A stretch of 42,288 bases of DNA from Syntrophobacterales bacterium. Its GTDB lineage: Bacteria; Desulfobacterota; Syntrophia; Syntrophales; UBA6807. This document shows positions 26,233-33,911 of the stretch, piece after piece. The stretch covers positions 1 to 42,288 of the forward strand of contig JAGGSD010000108.1 in assembly GCA_021159265.1 (NCBI GenBank), read 5' to 3'. Within the stretch, counting starts at the first letter, position 1; each line of letters begins with the position of its first letter. The notes beneath the pieces are model-generated. The model saw nothing but the letters and a program-made list of their open reading frames with translations, did no database searches and had not been told where the DNA came from. The position numbers and the translations under genes are program-made.

Positions 26233-26637
26233 ATGGTTAAACATAGCATAAGGATATTGTTGGCCAAACCCGGACTTGACGGTCATGATCGGGGCGCTAA
26301 ATTTCTGGCAAGGGCATTACGAGATGCGGGGATGGAAGTGATTTACACGGGGCTGCATCAGAAAATACCCCAGATTGTAGTGTCGGCGTTGCAGGAAGAT
26401 GTTGATGTGGTTGGGCTGAGCATCCTGTCCGGGAGTCATCTGGGTCTCACAAAGAAATTTTTTGCTGAGAGTGAAAAAAGGGGTCTGGACGGAGAACTGG
26501 TGCTGGTTGGGGGCACCATCCCTGAGGAGGATTTCTCGAAGCTGAGAGAAATGGGCGTAGATGGGGTGTTTGGCGTTGAATCGGATATTGATGATATAGT
26601 TAACTTTATCCGGGAGCATGTTCCATCAGAAAAGTAA
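26233..26637 (+). CDS. Cobalamin-binding small subunit (orphan position; presumed partner of mutase 4)
   Basis: [24 protein letters not shown] and VGGTIP. It is the only unpaired B12-binding gene, and mutase 4 is the only unpaired large subunit. Confidence 0.85.
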   Translation: MVKHSIRILLAKPGLDGHDRGAKFLARALRDAGMEVIYTGLHQKIPQIVVSALQEDVDVVGLSILSGSHLGLTKKFFAESEKRGLDGELVLVGGTIPEEDFSKLREMGVDGVFGVESDIDDIVNFIREHVPSEK

Positions 26638-26879
26638 TTGTGACTACTCAGGTAAATAAACAGGCTGAAGGAAAAACCTTTAGACTTCGGTCTTCATTGC
26701 TCATTACCCAGTCCTTGTGGCTTCGCTTCGCCTGCCCTGGGAAGTATCCGGCGAGAGTTGGAGGGGGCTATAGTGAGGAAAATACTATTGTAAAGGAGGT
26801 GAAAATAAGGAGGTGAATGAAGAGTTGAAATGTTAAATTATCAGCAATATTAACGTTAACCTGATTATGGAGGTGTGTA

Positions 26880-27908
26880 ATGAAGAGATTACTTATTGTA
26901 TTATCTGTTATGCTGTTCCTGGTTTTATTGTCTTTGCCGGTACCTGGATCGGCGGGGGTCGTAAAGAAAAAATACACTTTGCATCTCGCAACACAGATGC
27001 CCCTAACACATACTATTACAAAGGCCGCTATGGTTCTGGCACAGCGGGCCGCGGAACTGAGTAGAAATAAGATTAACGTAGTGGTGCACGCCGGAGGGGC
27101 AATGTTTTCCGACAGACAAATCCCCGATGCGACTATGTCCGGCGGGTGTGATATAGGCATTTCCACCTCGAATACATGGGCTAAGTATGTTCGGGGGATG
27201 TCCTTCTGGGAAGTTCCTTTCCTGATACCCCCATCTGTTTCAGTAGATAAACTTGCCGAAGCCACTATTCCAATATTCGATAAGACACTGGAGACAAAAG
27301 GCGGAAAACTTTTAGGGTATGCCTATTATGGATATGAGGAAGGAATTGCGACTACCAAGGTACAACTGAAAAGACCTGTTGATGTTAAAGGACTGAAATT
27401 AAGAATTTATGACAGAACCCACCTGCCCGGGTTTAAGGCATTTGGGGCCGCTCCAGTGGTTATGTCTTCGAAGGAAGTTTACATTGGTTTGCAGAGGGGT
27501 GTTCTTGATGGAGCGGTGAGTGGCTTGAGCAGTATTAATCACCGTAAGTGGTTTGAGGTTTGTAAGTACGTAATTGCGATTCCGAATCTTGTCAGCTGCC
27601 CTTCACATCCGTTTCCTATAGCAGTGAACCTCAATGTCTGGAAAGGGATGGAACCTGCCGCCCAGAAGATACTCCTGCAGGCAGCTACGGAAGCAGGTCG
27701 GTTTACCCATGAAGAAGTGAAGAAAATGGTGGTGAAAGATTTAAAGACTCTCCGTGACAGCAAGGCACAGGTTTATGAACTTAAAGCCGGGTCTCCGGAG
27801 TGGAACGAATGGAAGAATGCCTTAGGCCCAGCCGGGAAGAAAAAGTTTCTGGCTGATAATCCCAAGGCCGGCCCCGTCCTTATCAAGATGATCAAGAGCT
27901 TGGAATAA
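26880..27908 (+). CDS. TRAP solute-binding protein (DctP-type), copy 3 (distinct lineage)
   Basis: Signal peptide MKRLLIVLSVMLFLVLLSLPVPGSAG, LKGLKLRIYD and MSSKEVYIGLQRGVLDG. GGAGG precedes the ATG. Confidence 0.88.
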   Translation: MKRLLIVLSVMLFLVLLSLPVPGSAGVVKKKYTLHLATQMPLTHTITKAAMVLAQRAAELSRNKINVVVHAGGAMFSDRQIPDATMSGGCDIGISTSNTWAKYVRGMSFWEVPFLIPPSVSVDKLAEATIPIFDKTLETKGGKLLGYAYYGYEEGIATTKVQLKRPVDVKGLKLRIYDRTHLPGFKAFGAAPVVMSSKEVYIGLQRGVLDGAVSGLSSINHRKWFEVCKYVIAIPNLVSCPSHPFPIAVNLNVWKGMEPAAQKILLQAATEAGRFTHEEVKKMVVKDLKTLRDSKAQVYELKAGSPEWNEWKNALGPAGKKKFLADNPKAGPVLIKMIKSLE

Positions 27909-27918
27909 GAGAAGGTTT

Positions 27919-27967
27919 GATGGCTCTGCTACTTATTCAGGCAGGTAGCAGGGCCATCTTGTTTGAG
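27919..27967 (+). terminator. Intrinsic terminator-like hairpin after dctP copy 3
   Basis: GATGGCTCTGCTAC (27919-27932) pairs with GTAGCAGGGCCATC (27945-27958), followed by TTGTTTG. Confidence 0.5.
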
Positions 27968-27998
27968 TTGACAGAGTTTTTTTGCATTTTGTTATAAT
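27968..27998 (+). promoter_or_regulatory. Candidate sigma70-type promoter for the second dctQM pair
   Basis: TTGACA (27968-27973) and TATAAT (27993-27998). The spacer is 19 nt (18 nt to TTATAA), slightly long. Confidence 0.4.
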
Positions 27999-28086
27999 AA
28001 TAGCAAACCAAATAAGCTCTGTCCCTTTGAGCCTTTGAACCTGAGCAGTTACACATCATCAATATAATTTTATGAAGAGGCATATA

Positions 28087-28617
28087 ATGAAAACTTTGCT
28101 AGAAATAATAAGTATTATCCACAGAGGGATCGACCGGTGCGTGTCTGCCGGCCAATGGATTGCGCTTGTATTTGTTTTTCTTCTCGGACCAATCGCATTT
28201 TACGAAGTAGTGGTGCGTAAACTTGGGCATCCCACAACCTGGAGCTTTCATATTCTTGTGTATATTCAATTGTTTATGATTTGGTTTGGTATTGCCTATA
28301 CACAAAAGGTTCGGGGGCATGTGAGCGTTGATATTATAACCAGACTTTTACCTCTTACTACCCGGGTAGTGACCAGGATATTTGCTCATATCGTCTGTGA
28401 AGTCATTACCATTGTCCTTATATGGGAAAGTTGTGTAATGGTGAAACGCAGTTACGGCTATCATCTGATGACCACCGAAGAATTTCTGCATCCCGTATAC
28501 TGGCTGCAGATTCCCGTAGTTATTGGCGCAGTTTTGCTTTTCTTTGTATTCTTCAGCCAGATGTGTGATGACATAAAATGGCTGGTAACCGGAAAGGGTA
28601 GCCCGGAGGATTTATAA
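28087..28617 (+). CDS. TRAP transporter small permease (DctQ-type), second system
   Basis: About 176 aa, four hydrophobic segments, immediately upstream of a DctM gene. ATG 28087 has a better SD (GAAGAGG) than 28072. Confidence 0.8.
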   Translation: MKTLLEIISIIHRGIDRCVSAGQWIALVFVFLLGPIAFYEVVVRKLGHPTTWSFHILVYIQLFMIWFGIAYTQKVRGHVSVDIITRLLPLTTRVVTRIFAHIVCEVITIVLIWESCVMVKRSYGYHLMTTEEFLHPVYWLQIPVVIGAVLLFFVFFSQMCDDIKWLVTGKGSPEDL

Positions 28618-28640
28618 AACTGTAAAAGGGGAAGGTTATT

Positions 28641-29933
28641 ATGGCGTTTGAAATATCGGTTTTATTGATTATTATGTTGTTCCTGTTTGCCGCAGGCATA
28701 CCAATTGCCTTTGTTTTAACGGCGGTGGGTCTTGTCGGCATATTGTTTCAGCTTGGCGTTCCCGGTCTTTACCAGTTTGCCCAGCAATTCTGGCAGGGGG
28801 GGATGAACTTTATTTATATCTGTATTCCTCTTTTCATCTTTATGGCTATCGCTCTGGAAAAAGGCAAGGCGGGCGGCCTGATTTTTGAAGTTGCGGCAAA
28901 GTGGTTGAAGCGTTTGCCCGGGGGGTTGCTGATATCTACAATCGGGGCTTCAACAATATTTGCGGCTCTTTCAGGGACAAGTATTGCCACCGCGGCGACG
29001 GTCGGCCTCGTTGCCTATCCGGAGATGATGAAACGCAATTACCCGAAAAGGATGACTCTTGGCGCCATATCTGTCGGTGGCGGGTTAGGCATGCTTATTC
29101 CTCCAAGCATCCCCTTGATTGTTTATGGCGCGTTGACCGGAGAATCTATTGGGAAATTGTTCGTTGCTGGAATAATACCGGGTATTGTGCTGGCCATCCT
29201 TTTTTGTCTTCTTATCTTCTTTCGCGCCTGGCGCGGTGATGTCGCGGTAGCTGAACAGACTTCAACGTGGCGGGAAAAATTTGTAAGCATAAAAAATGCT
29301 TTCTGGGGGCTATTACTTATTCCTATCGTTATCGGCGGCATGTACCTTGGTTATTTTACGCCGACGGAAGCAGGCGCTGTCGGGATGATATTGTCTCTTG
29401 TGGTTACCATGTTGATATATCGAACCTTAAAGGTGAAAGATATACCCGAGATATTAGGTGATACCCTTCGTGTTTCCATTATGATCTTCATTCTCTTGCT
29501 GGGGGCAGGTCTTTTCAGTTATGTTATGGCTCTGTACGGGATCCCGGCTCTCGTTACTAAATGGGTCCTCGGCCTTGATATGTCTCCGCTTGGTATAATT
29601 CTTATGCTCAATATCTTTTTCCTGATACTTGGGTGCTTTGTCGACGCAATTTCCCTGATGGTCATTTCGCTTCCTTTTGCTTATCCGGTAATTACCGCTC
29701 TCGGCTTTGATGGCGTCTGGTTCGGCATTGTGTTGATGGTGAATATCAATATGGCTGTGGAGACACCACCCGTTGGACTTAATCTATATGTCCTGAAAGG
29801 TATTTCAAAAGACATTACCCTTGCCGATGTGATCATGGGCGTCATACCGTTTTATTCATGTGAGCTTATCGGTCTTGTTATCGTAATATTATTTCCGTGG
29901 TTGTCCTTATGGCTGCCGGCGCTTATGGGATGA
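28641..29933 (+). CDS. TRAP transporter large permease (DctM-type), second system
   Basis: 430-aa polytopic protein, paralogous to 22512-23816. GGGGAAGG precedes the ATG. Confidence 0.9.
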   Translation: MAFEISVLLIIMLFLFAAGIPIAFVLTAVGLVGILFQLGVPGLYQFAQQFWQGGMNFIYICIPLFIFMAIALEKGKAGGLIFEVAAKWLKRLPGGLLISTIGASTIFAALSGTSIATAATVGLVAYPEMMKRNYPKRMTLGAISVGGGLGMLIPPSIPLIVYGALTGESIGKLFVAGIIPGIVLAILFCLLIFFRAWRGDVAVAEQTSTWREKFVSIKNAFWGLLLIPIVIGGMYLGYFTPTEAGAVGMILSLVVTMLIYRTLKVKDIPEILGDTLRVSIMIFILLLGAGLFSYVMALYGIPALVTKWVLGLDMSPLGIILMLNIFFLILGCFVDAISLMVISLPFAYPVITALGFDGVWFGIVLMVNINMAVETPPVGLNLYVLKGISKDITLADVIMGVIPFYSCELIGLVIVILFPWLSLWLPALMG

Positions 29934-30079
29934 TGAGCTTTTCTACGGTTGTAAATACAGTTAAAAATACTTTGGTGGTAGGAGAAACCAGTAAATATTA
30001 TTTTCAGGTGAGTATAGATTGATTTTAGTCGCTGGTTGTAACGTTCAACAAAATTGATTATTCAAAAAGGAGGTTTCTT

Positions 30080-31642
30080 GTGGAGTGGAATATCGGTAAA
30101 ATACCCGCTAAGTGGAGTATCCTTGCCCCGGACAAGGCGGCTATTATTTATGATGATGAAGCAATTACTTACAAACAAATCAACGATGGCGCCAACCGTG
30201 CTGCAAATTATCTACAGCAAATGGGACTGAAAAAGGGTGATCGGATAACAGTTTTGCTGAGAGATTGTCCTGAATTTATGGAAGTATATTTTGCCGCCGC
30301 AAAGCTTGGGCTTATCTTTGTTCCGCTGAATTTTCGTTTTATGGGTCCCGAGGTAAAATATCAGCTTAATAATTGTGGCTCACGTGTGCTTGTGTTTCAC
30401 GATATAATGACCGAAATGATTGATTCCATACGTTCGGAAGTTGCGGTTGATGAAGACAAGTTTATTTATCTGCCAAGCACATTCTCTGATGAGGCCCCTG
30501 AATGTCCCGCATGGGCGGAAAACTACCATGAACTTATAAAGCAATATACTATGGAAGAACCCCATATCGACAAACCTGTTACCCTTGATGATCCCCTGGC
30601 AATTTTATATACATCCGGAACGACGGGAGAGCCGAAAGGCGCTTTATTGTCTCATGGACAGACCTACTTCAAAAATTTCCAGAACATTTTTTATACAGAC
30701 ATGAGGTTTGATGATATATATCTTTCCCAATTGCCGCTGTTTCATTCCGGAGGGCTCTTCGTTGCCGTGACCCCGACCCTTTGCAGGGGCGCCACCATGG
30801 TTATGAGACAAAAATTTGATCCTGCGAAGTTTGTCAGTGATATTGAACGGTACAAACCAACTATTGTTTTTGCGCTTACGAGTATGTGGAGATTGATACT
30901 TCAGACAAAAGCACTTGATGGAGCTGATGTCAGCAGTGTGAGGAATGTGATAGGAGGCGGAGAGCGAACTCCAAAAACACTGTTTGATGAGCTTGCGGCA
31001 CATGGTCTTTATATGCAACAGGTATTTGGACAGACAGAAAACTCTATTATGATGGTTTTGCCCAAAAAAGATGTTCAGAGAAAAATGGGGTCTATCGGTA
31101 TCCCCGGATTCTTCACAGAGGTCTGGATTGGAGATGAACAGGGCAGGGAACTACCTCACGGCACAACAGGTGAGATTGTGGCGAAAGGACCCAATGTCAT
31201 GATGAAATACTGGAATATGCCTGAAAAAACCGCTGAAACGATTAAAAATGGAATTTTGTTTACCGGTGATCTTGGTTACAGAGATGATGAAGGCTATTTT
31301 TACATCGTGGACAGGGCTAAGGACATGTACCGGAGCGGCGGGGAAAATGTCTATCCGGCTGAAATAGAAAAAGTCCTGGCAGATCACCCCAAAATCCTCA
31401 ATGTCGCTATCATTGGCGTGCCGGATGATAAATGGGGCGAAACAGGCATGGCCTTTGTTGTGCTGAAAGAAGGGGAAACCCTTACCAGGGAAGAAATACT
31501 CGAATTTCTCGATGGAAAGCTTGCCAGATTTAAACTTCCTTCGCATATTAAGTTTATCCGGGAGCTTCCTATGACAACAAGTGGAAAGATAAAAAAGGTC
31601 GAGTTAAAAGAGAAATACGGGGGTTCTCTTGAAACGAAATAG
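30080..31642 (+). CDS. AMP-forming acyl-CoA synthetase/ligase
   Basis: AMP-binding motif LYTSGTTGEPKGA, then GDLGYRDDEGYFYIVDRAKD and a C-terminal SGKIKK. GTG start preceded by AAAGGAGG. Confidence 0.9.
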   Translation: MEWNIGKIPAKWSILAPDKAAIIYDDEAITYKQINDGANRAANYLQQMGLKKGDRITVLLRDCPEFMEVYFAAAKLGLIFVPLNFRFMGPEVKYQLNNCGSRVLVFHDIMTEMIDSIRSEVAVDEDKFIYLPSTFSDEAPECPAWAENYHELIKQYTMEEPHIDKPVTLDDPLAILYTSGTTGEPKGALLSHGQTYFKNFQNIFYTDMRFDDIYLSQLPLFHSGGLFVAVTPTLCRGATMVMRQKFDPAKFVSDIERYKPTIVFALTSMWRLILQTKALDGADVSSVRNVIGGGERTPKTLFDELAAHGLYMQQVFGQTENSIMMVLPKKDVQRKMGSIGIPGFFTEVWIGDEQGRELPHGTTGEIVAKGPNVMMKYWNMPEKTAETIKNGILFTGDLGYRDDEGYFYIVDRAKDMYRSGGENVYPAEIEKVLADHPKILNVAIIGVPDDKWGETGMAFVVLKEGETLTREEILEFLDGKLARFKLPSHIKFIRELPMTTSGKIKKVELKEKYGGSLETK

Positions 31643-31748
31643 AATGTCTGTAGCCGCATGGTTCCTTTTCTGCAGTAAGTAGATAAATAAACCTTGTGGT
31701 GGTATTTTCACCATGATAGTGTAAACATAATAAAAGGAGGTTTTAAAG

Positions 31749-32489
31749 ATGGAATTTGAAGGGAAAGTTGTACTGGTTACAGGATCCGCTCAGGGAATTG
31801 GTAAGACAGCGGCGCTTGCCTTTGCCGGAGAAGGCGCTAAAGTGGTTCTGAATGATATCAACAAAGAGCGGTTGTCGGAAGCGGCTGCGGAGATAGAAAA
31901 AACTGGTGCGAAGTGCCTTGCCGTGGCAGCCGACACTTCTGTGCGATCTGAAGTTGAGGATATGTTCAATCAGGCTGTGGATAAATTTGGTCATCTTGAT
32001 GTCCTGGTTAACAACGCCGGTATCACGAGGGATGCTTTTATCCATAAGATGACAGAGGAGCAATGGCAGCAGGTTATTAATGTAAATCTCACGGGTGTCT
32101 TTTTTTGCCTGCAGGCCGCTGCCATGATAATGAGAGAAGCCGGAACGGGCAAGATCGTTAATATTTCTTCCGCGGCAAGGTTTGGCAACATGGGGCAGGC
32201 AAATTACTCCTCGACAAAAGCCGCAGTTGAAGGTCTGACACGGACGGCAGCCAAAGAGCTGGCCGGCAAAGGAGTCCGGGTGAATGCCGTTTCCCCCGGT
32301 CCTATTGCCACCGATATGTTAAAAGGTGTTCCTGACAAAGTCATAGAAAAGATTATTGCGCCGATTCCACTTCACAGGATTGGAACTCCGGAAGAATTAT
32401 CCAATTTGATCCTTTTCCTTGCATCGGATAAATCTTCGTATATTACCGGACAGGTTATTAACTGTGATGGCGGATGGTTTATGACTTGA
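31749..32489 (+). CDS. Short-chain dehydrogenase/reductase (FabG-like 3-hydroxy/3-oxoacyl reductase)
   Basis: TGSAQGIGK cofactor motif, NNAG, and the YSSTK catalytic YxxxK. AAAGGAGG precedes the ATG. Confidence 0.9.
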   Translation: MEFEGKVVLVTGSAQGIGKTAALAFAGEGAKVVLNDINKERLSEAAAEIEKTGAKCLAVAADTSVRSEVEDMFNQAVDKFGHLDVLVNNAGITRDAFIHKMTEEQWQQVINVNLTGVFFCLQAAAMIMREAGTGKIVNISSAARFGNMGQANYSSTKAAVEGLTRTAAKELAGKGVRVNAVSPGPIATDMLKGVPDKVIEKIIAPIPLHRIGTPEELSNLILFLASDKSSYITGQVINCDGGWFMT

Positions 32490-32532
32490 TTCGAACGATA
32501 TTCACAAATGCTGAGATAAGGAGGTCGAGATA

Positions 32533-32976
32533 TTGGCAGACAGGACTAAAATTGGTGAAAAACATAAATTCAGGTGGGAAGTAGAAAAGGGTAAAATTAG
32601 AGAGCTAGTGGATGCCATAGGGGATAAAAACCCCATATATACGGATGCCCGGGCAGCACAGGACCAGGGTTATAAAGATATTGTGGCGCCGCCGACATTC
32701 GGCACCGTTCCTTTAATGTGGACGGGGACACTGATCAAGGCATTAAATGACTTACAAGTCAACTTTGCCCGGATTGTGCATGCCGAACAGGCATATGAAT
32801 ATTATGAAGAGATATTCCCCGGTGACACGCTTGATGCGATTCTGGAGGTCAAGGATATTACGAAAAAAGAGGGCAAATCCGGCACACTCGAATTTATCCG
32901 GTTTGAGACTAAATACCAGAACCAGGATGGCGTTGTGGTTTTAGGGGAAGATATGCTCTTAGTTGAAAGAAGTTGA
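32533..32976 (+). CDS. MaoC-associated hot-dog fold protein (non-catalytic N-terminal-half type subunit)
   Basis: 147 aa with a hot-dog-fold-like sequence but no hydratase-2 motif. TTG start 8 nt after AAGGAGG. It overlaps or abuts the catalytic MaoC gene. Confidence 0.7.
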   Translation: MADRTKIGEKHKFRWEVEKGKIRELVDAIGDKNPIYTDARAAQDQGYKDIVAPPTFGTVPLMWTGTLIKALNDLQVNFARIVHAEQAYEYYEEIFPGDTLDAILEVKDITKKEGKSGTLEFIRFETKYQNQDGVVVLGEDMLLVERS

Positions 32977-33007
32977 CTTTGTTGTAAGGGAGGTTGAGAC
33001 GAAGGGA

Positions 33008-33433
33008 ATGGGGCGAATTTTTGAAGATATAACAGTGGGCGAAGAAATTATTAACGAAACCATGTCTTCTGTAACGAAGGAGCAGCTGGTACGCTACGCC
33101 GGTGCCTCGGGTGATTTTAACCCTTTACATACGGATGATGCAACCGGCAAAGCCGCGGGGTTTGGTGGTGTCATTGCCCAAGGTATGTTGATGATGGGTA
33201 TGGCTGCTGCGGCTGTGACCAATCGGATACCGAAGAAATCCCTGAATAATCTTAAAGTCAGATTTGTCGGTGCAACCAGGCCGGGAGATGTAGTAAAGGT
33301 TACAGGCAAGGTAACGGATAAACGAATCGAGGATAATAAAGGCATAGTATCTTGTACTCTGGAAGTTGCTGATCAGGATGATGATATTAAGGTTTCCGGC
33401 AGTTTTGAGGCAGAGCTTCCACTTGAGAGATGA
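33008..33433 (+). CDS. MaoC-like (R)-specific enoyl-CoA hydratase, catalytic subunit
   Basis: Hydratase-2 motif YAGASGDFNPLHTDDA. About 141 aa from ATG 33008; the ORF-track TTG at 32963 is less likely. Confidence 0.82.
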   Translation: MGRIFEDITVGEEIINETMSSVTKEQLVRYAGASGDFNPLHTDDATGKAAGFGGVIAQGMLMMGMAAAAVTNRIPKKSLNNLKVRFVGATRPGDVVKVTGKVTDKRIEDNKGIVSCTLEVADQDDDIKVSGSFEAELPLER

Positions 33434-33547
33434 GGTTGTTATGGGGAGTTCAGGATCATAAGTTTGTCTCACGGCAATTGAGAAGTGTGTGTATCAATGA
33501 TGGGATTCTGTTTTTTAAGGCATTGATTTGATTAGCAGGGCCTTTAT

Positions 33548-33681
33548 TGATGGTTTCGTGAAAAGTCTGTCATTCCCGCGCAGGCGGGAATCTAAAAGCA
33601 TATAACTACTTAAAAACACTGGATTTCCGTTTTCATGGGAATGACAAAATTGTGTATATTCCGACTTTCAAGTAACTCGTT
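33548..33681. mobile_element. Decayed MITE-like element of the TGATG..CGTAAAAGTC / GTCATTC-core family
   Basis: Left end TGATGGTTTCGTGAAAAGTC. Core GTCATTCCCGCGCAGGCGGGAATC (33569-33592) is inverted against GGATTTCCGTTTTCATGGGAATGAC (33621-33645). The right end is degenerate (GACTTTCAAGTAACTCG). Confidence 0.55.
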
Positions 33682-33733
33682 TGGGCGAATTTAATATAAC
33701 TTGTTGATTTCACTGGACACTATCCAGATACAC

Positions 33734-33788
33734 GGCCTGTTCGGGGAACAGGCCCTACAATATGTAGGGGCCGATGCCCCCATCGGCC
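33734..33788. repeat. Three back-to-back perfect hairpins (GC-rich palindromic repeat unit)
   Basis: GGCCTGTTC-GGG-GAACAGGCC (33734-33754), CCTAC-AATAT-GTAGG (33754-33768) and GGCCGATG-CCCC-CATCGGCC (33769-33788). Confidence 0.7.
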
Positions 33789-33819
33789 TTAAACATGCTT
33801 TGTAAAAGTTACTTTCCAT

Positions 33820-33850
33820 TATAATGCCGCTAAACGGCATAATGGAGCTT
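33820..33850 (+). repeat. TATAAT-hairpin-TGGAGCTT motif copy upstream of the carboxyltransferase gene
   Basis: TATAATGCCGCTAAACGGCATAATGGAGCTT. Its reverse complement matches 8171-8202 almost base for base. Confidence 0.65.
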
Positions 33851-33911
33851 TTTATGAATGCATCTTTATAGCCTTTGGTGTAATTTTGAAAAAGAGGAGA
33901 ATAAATTAATT

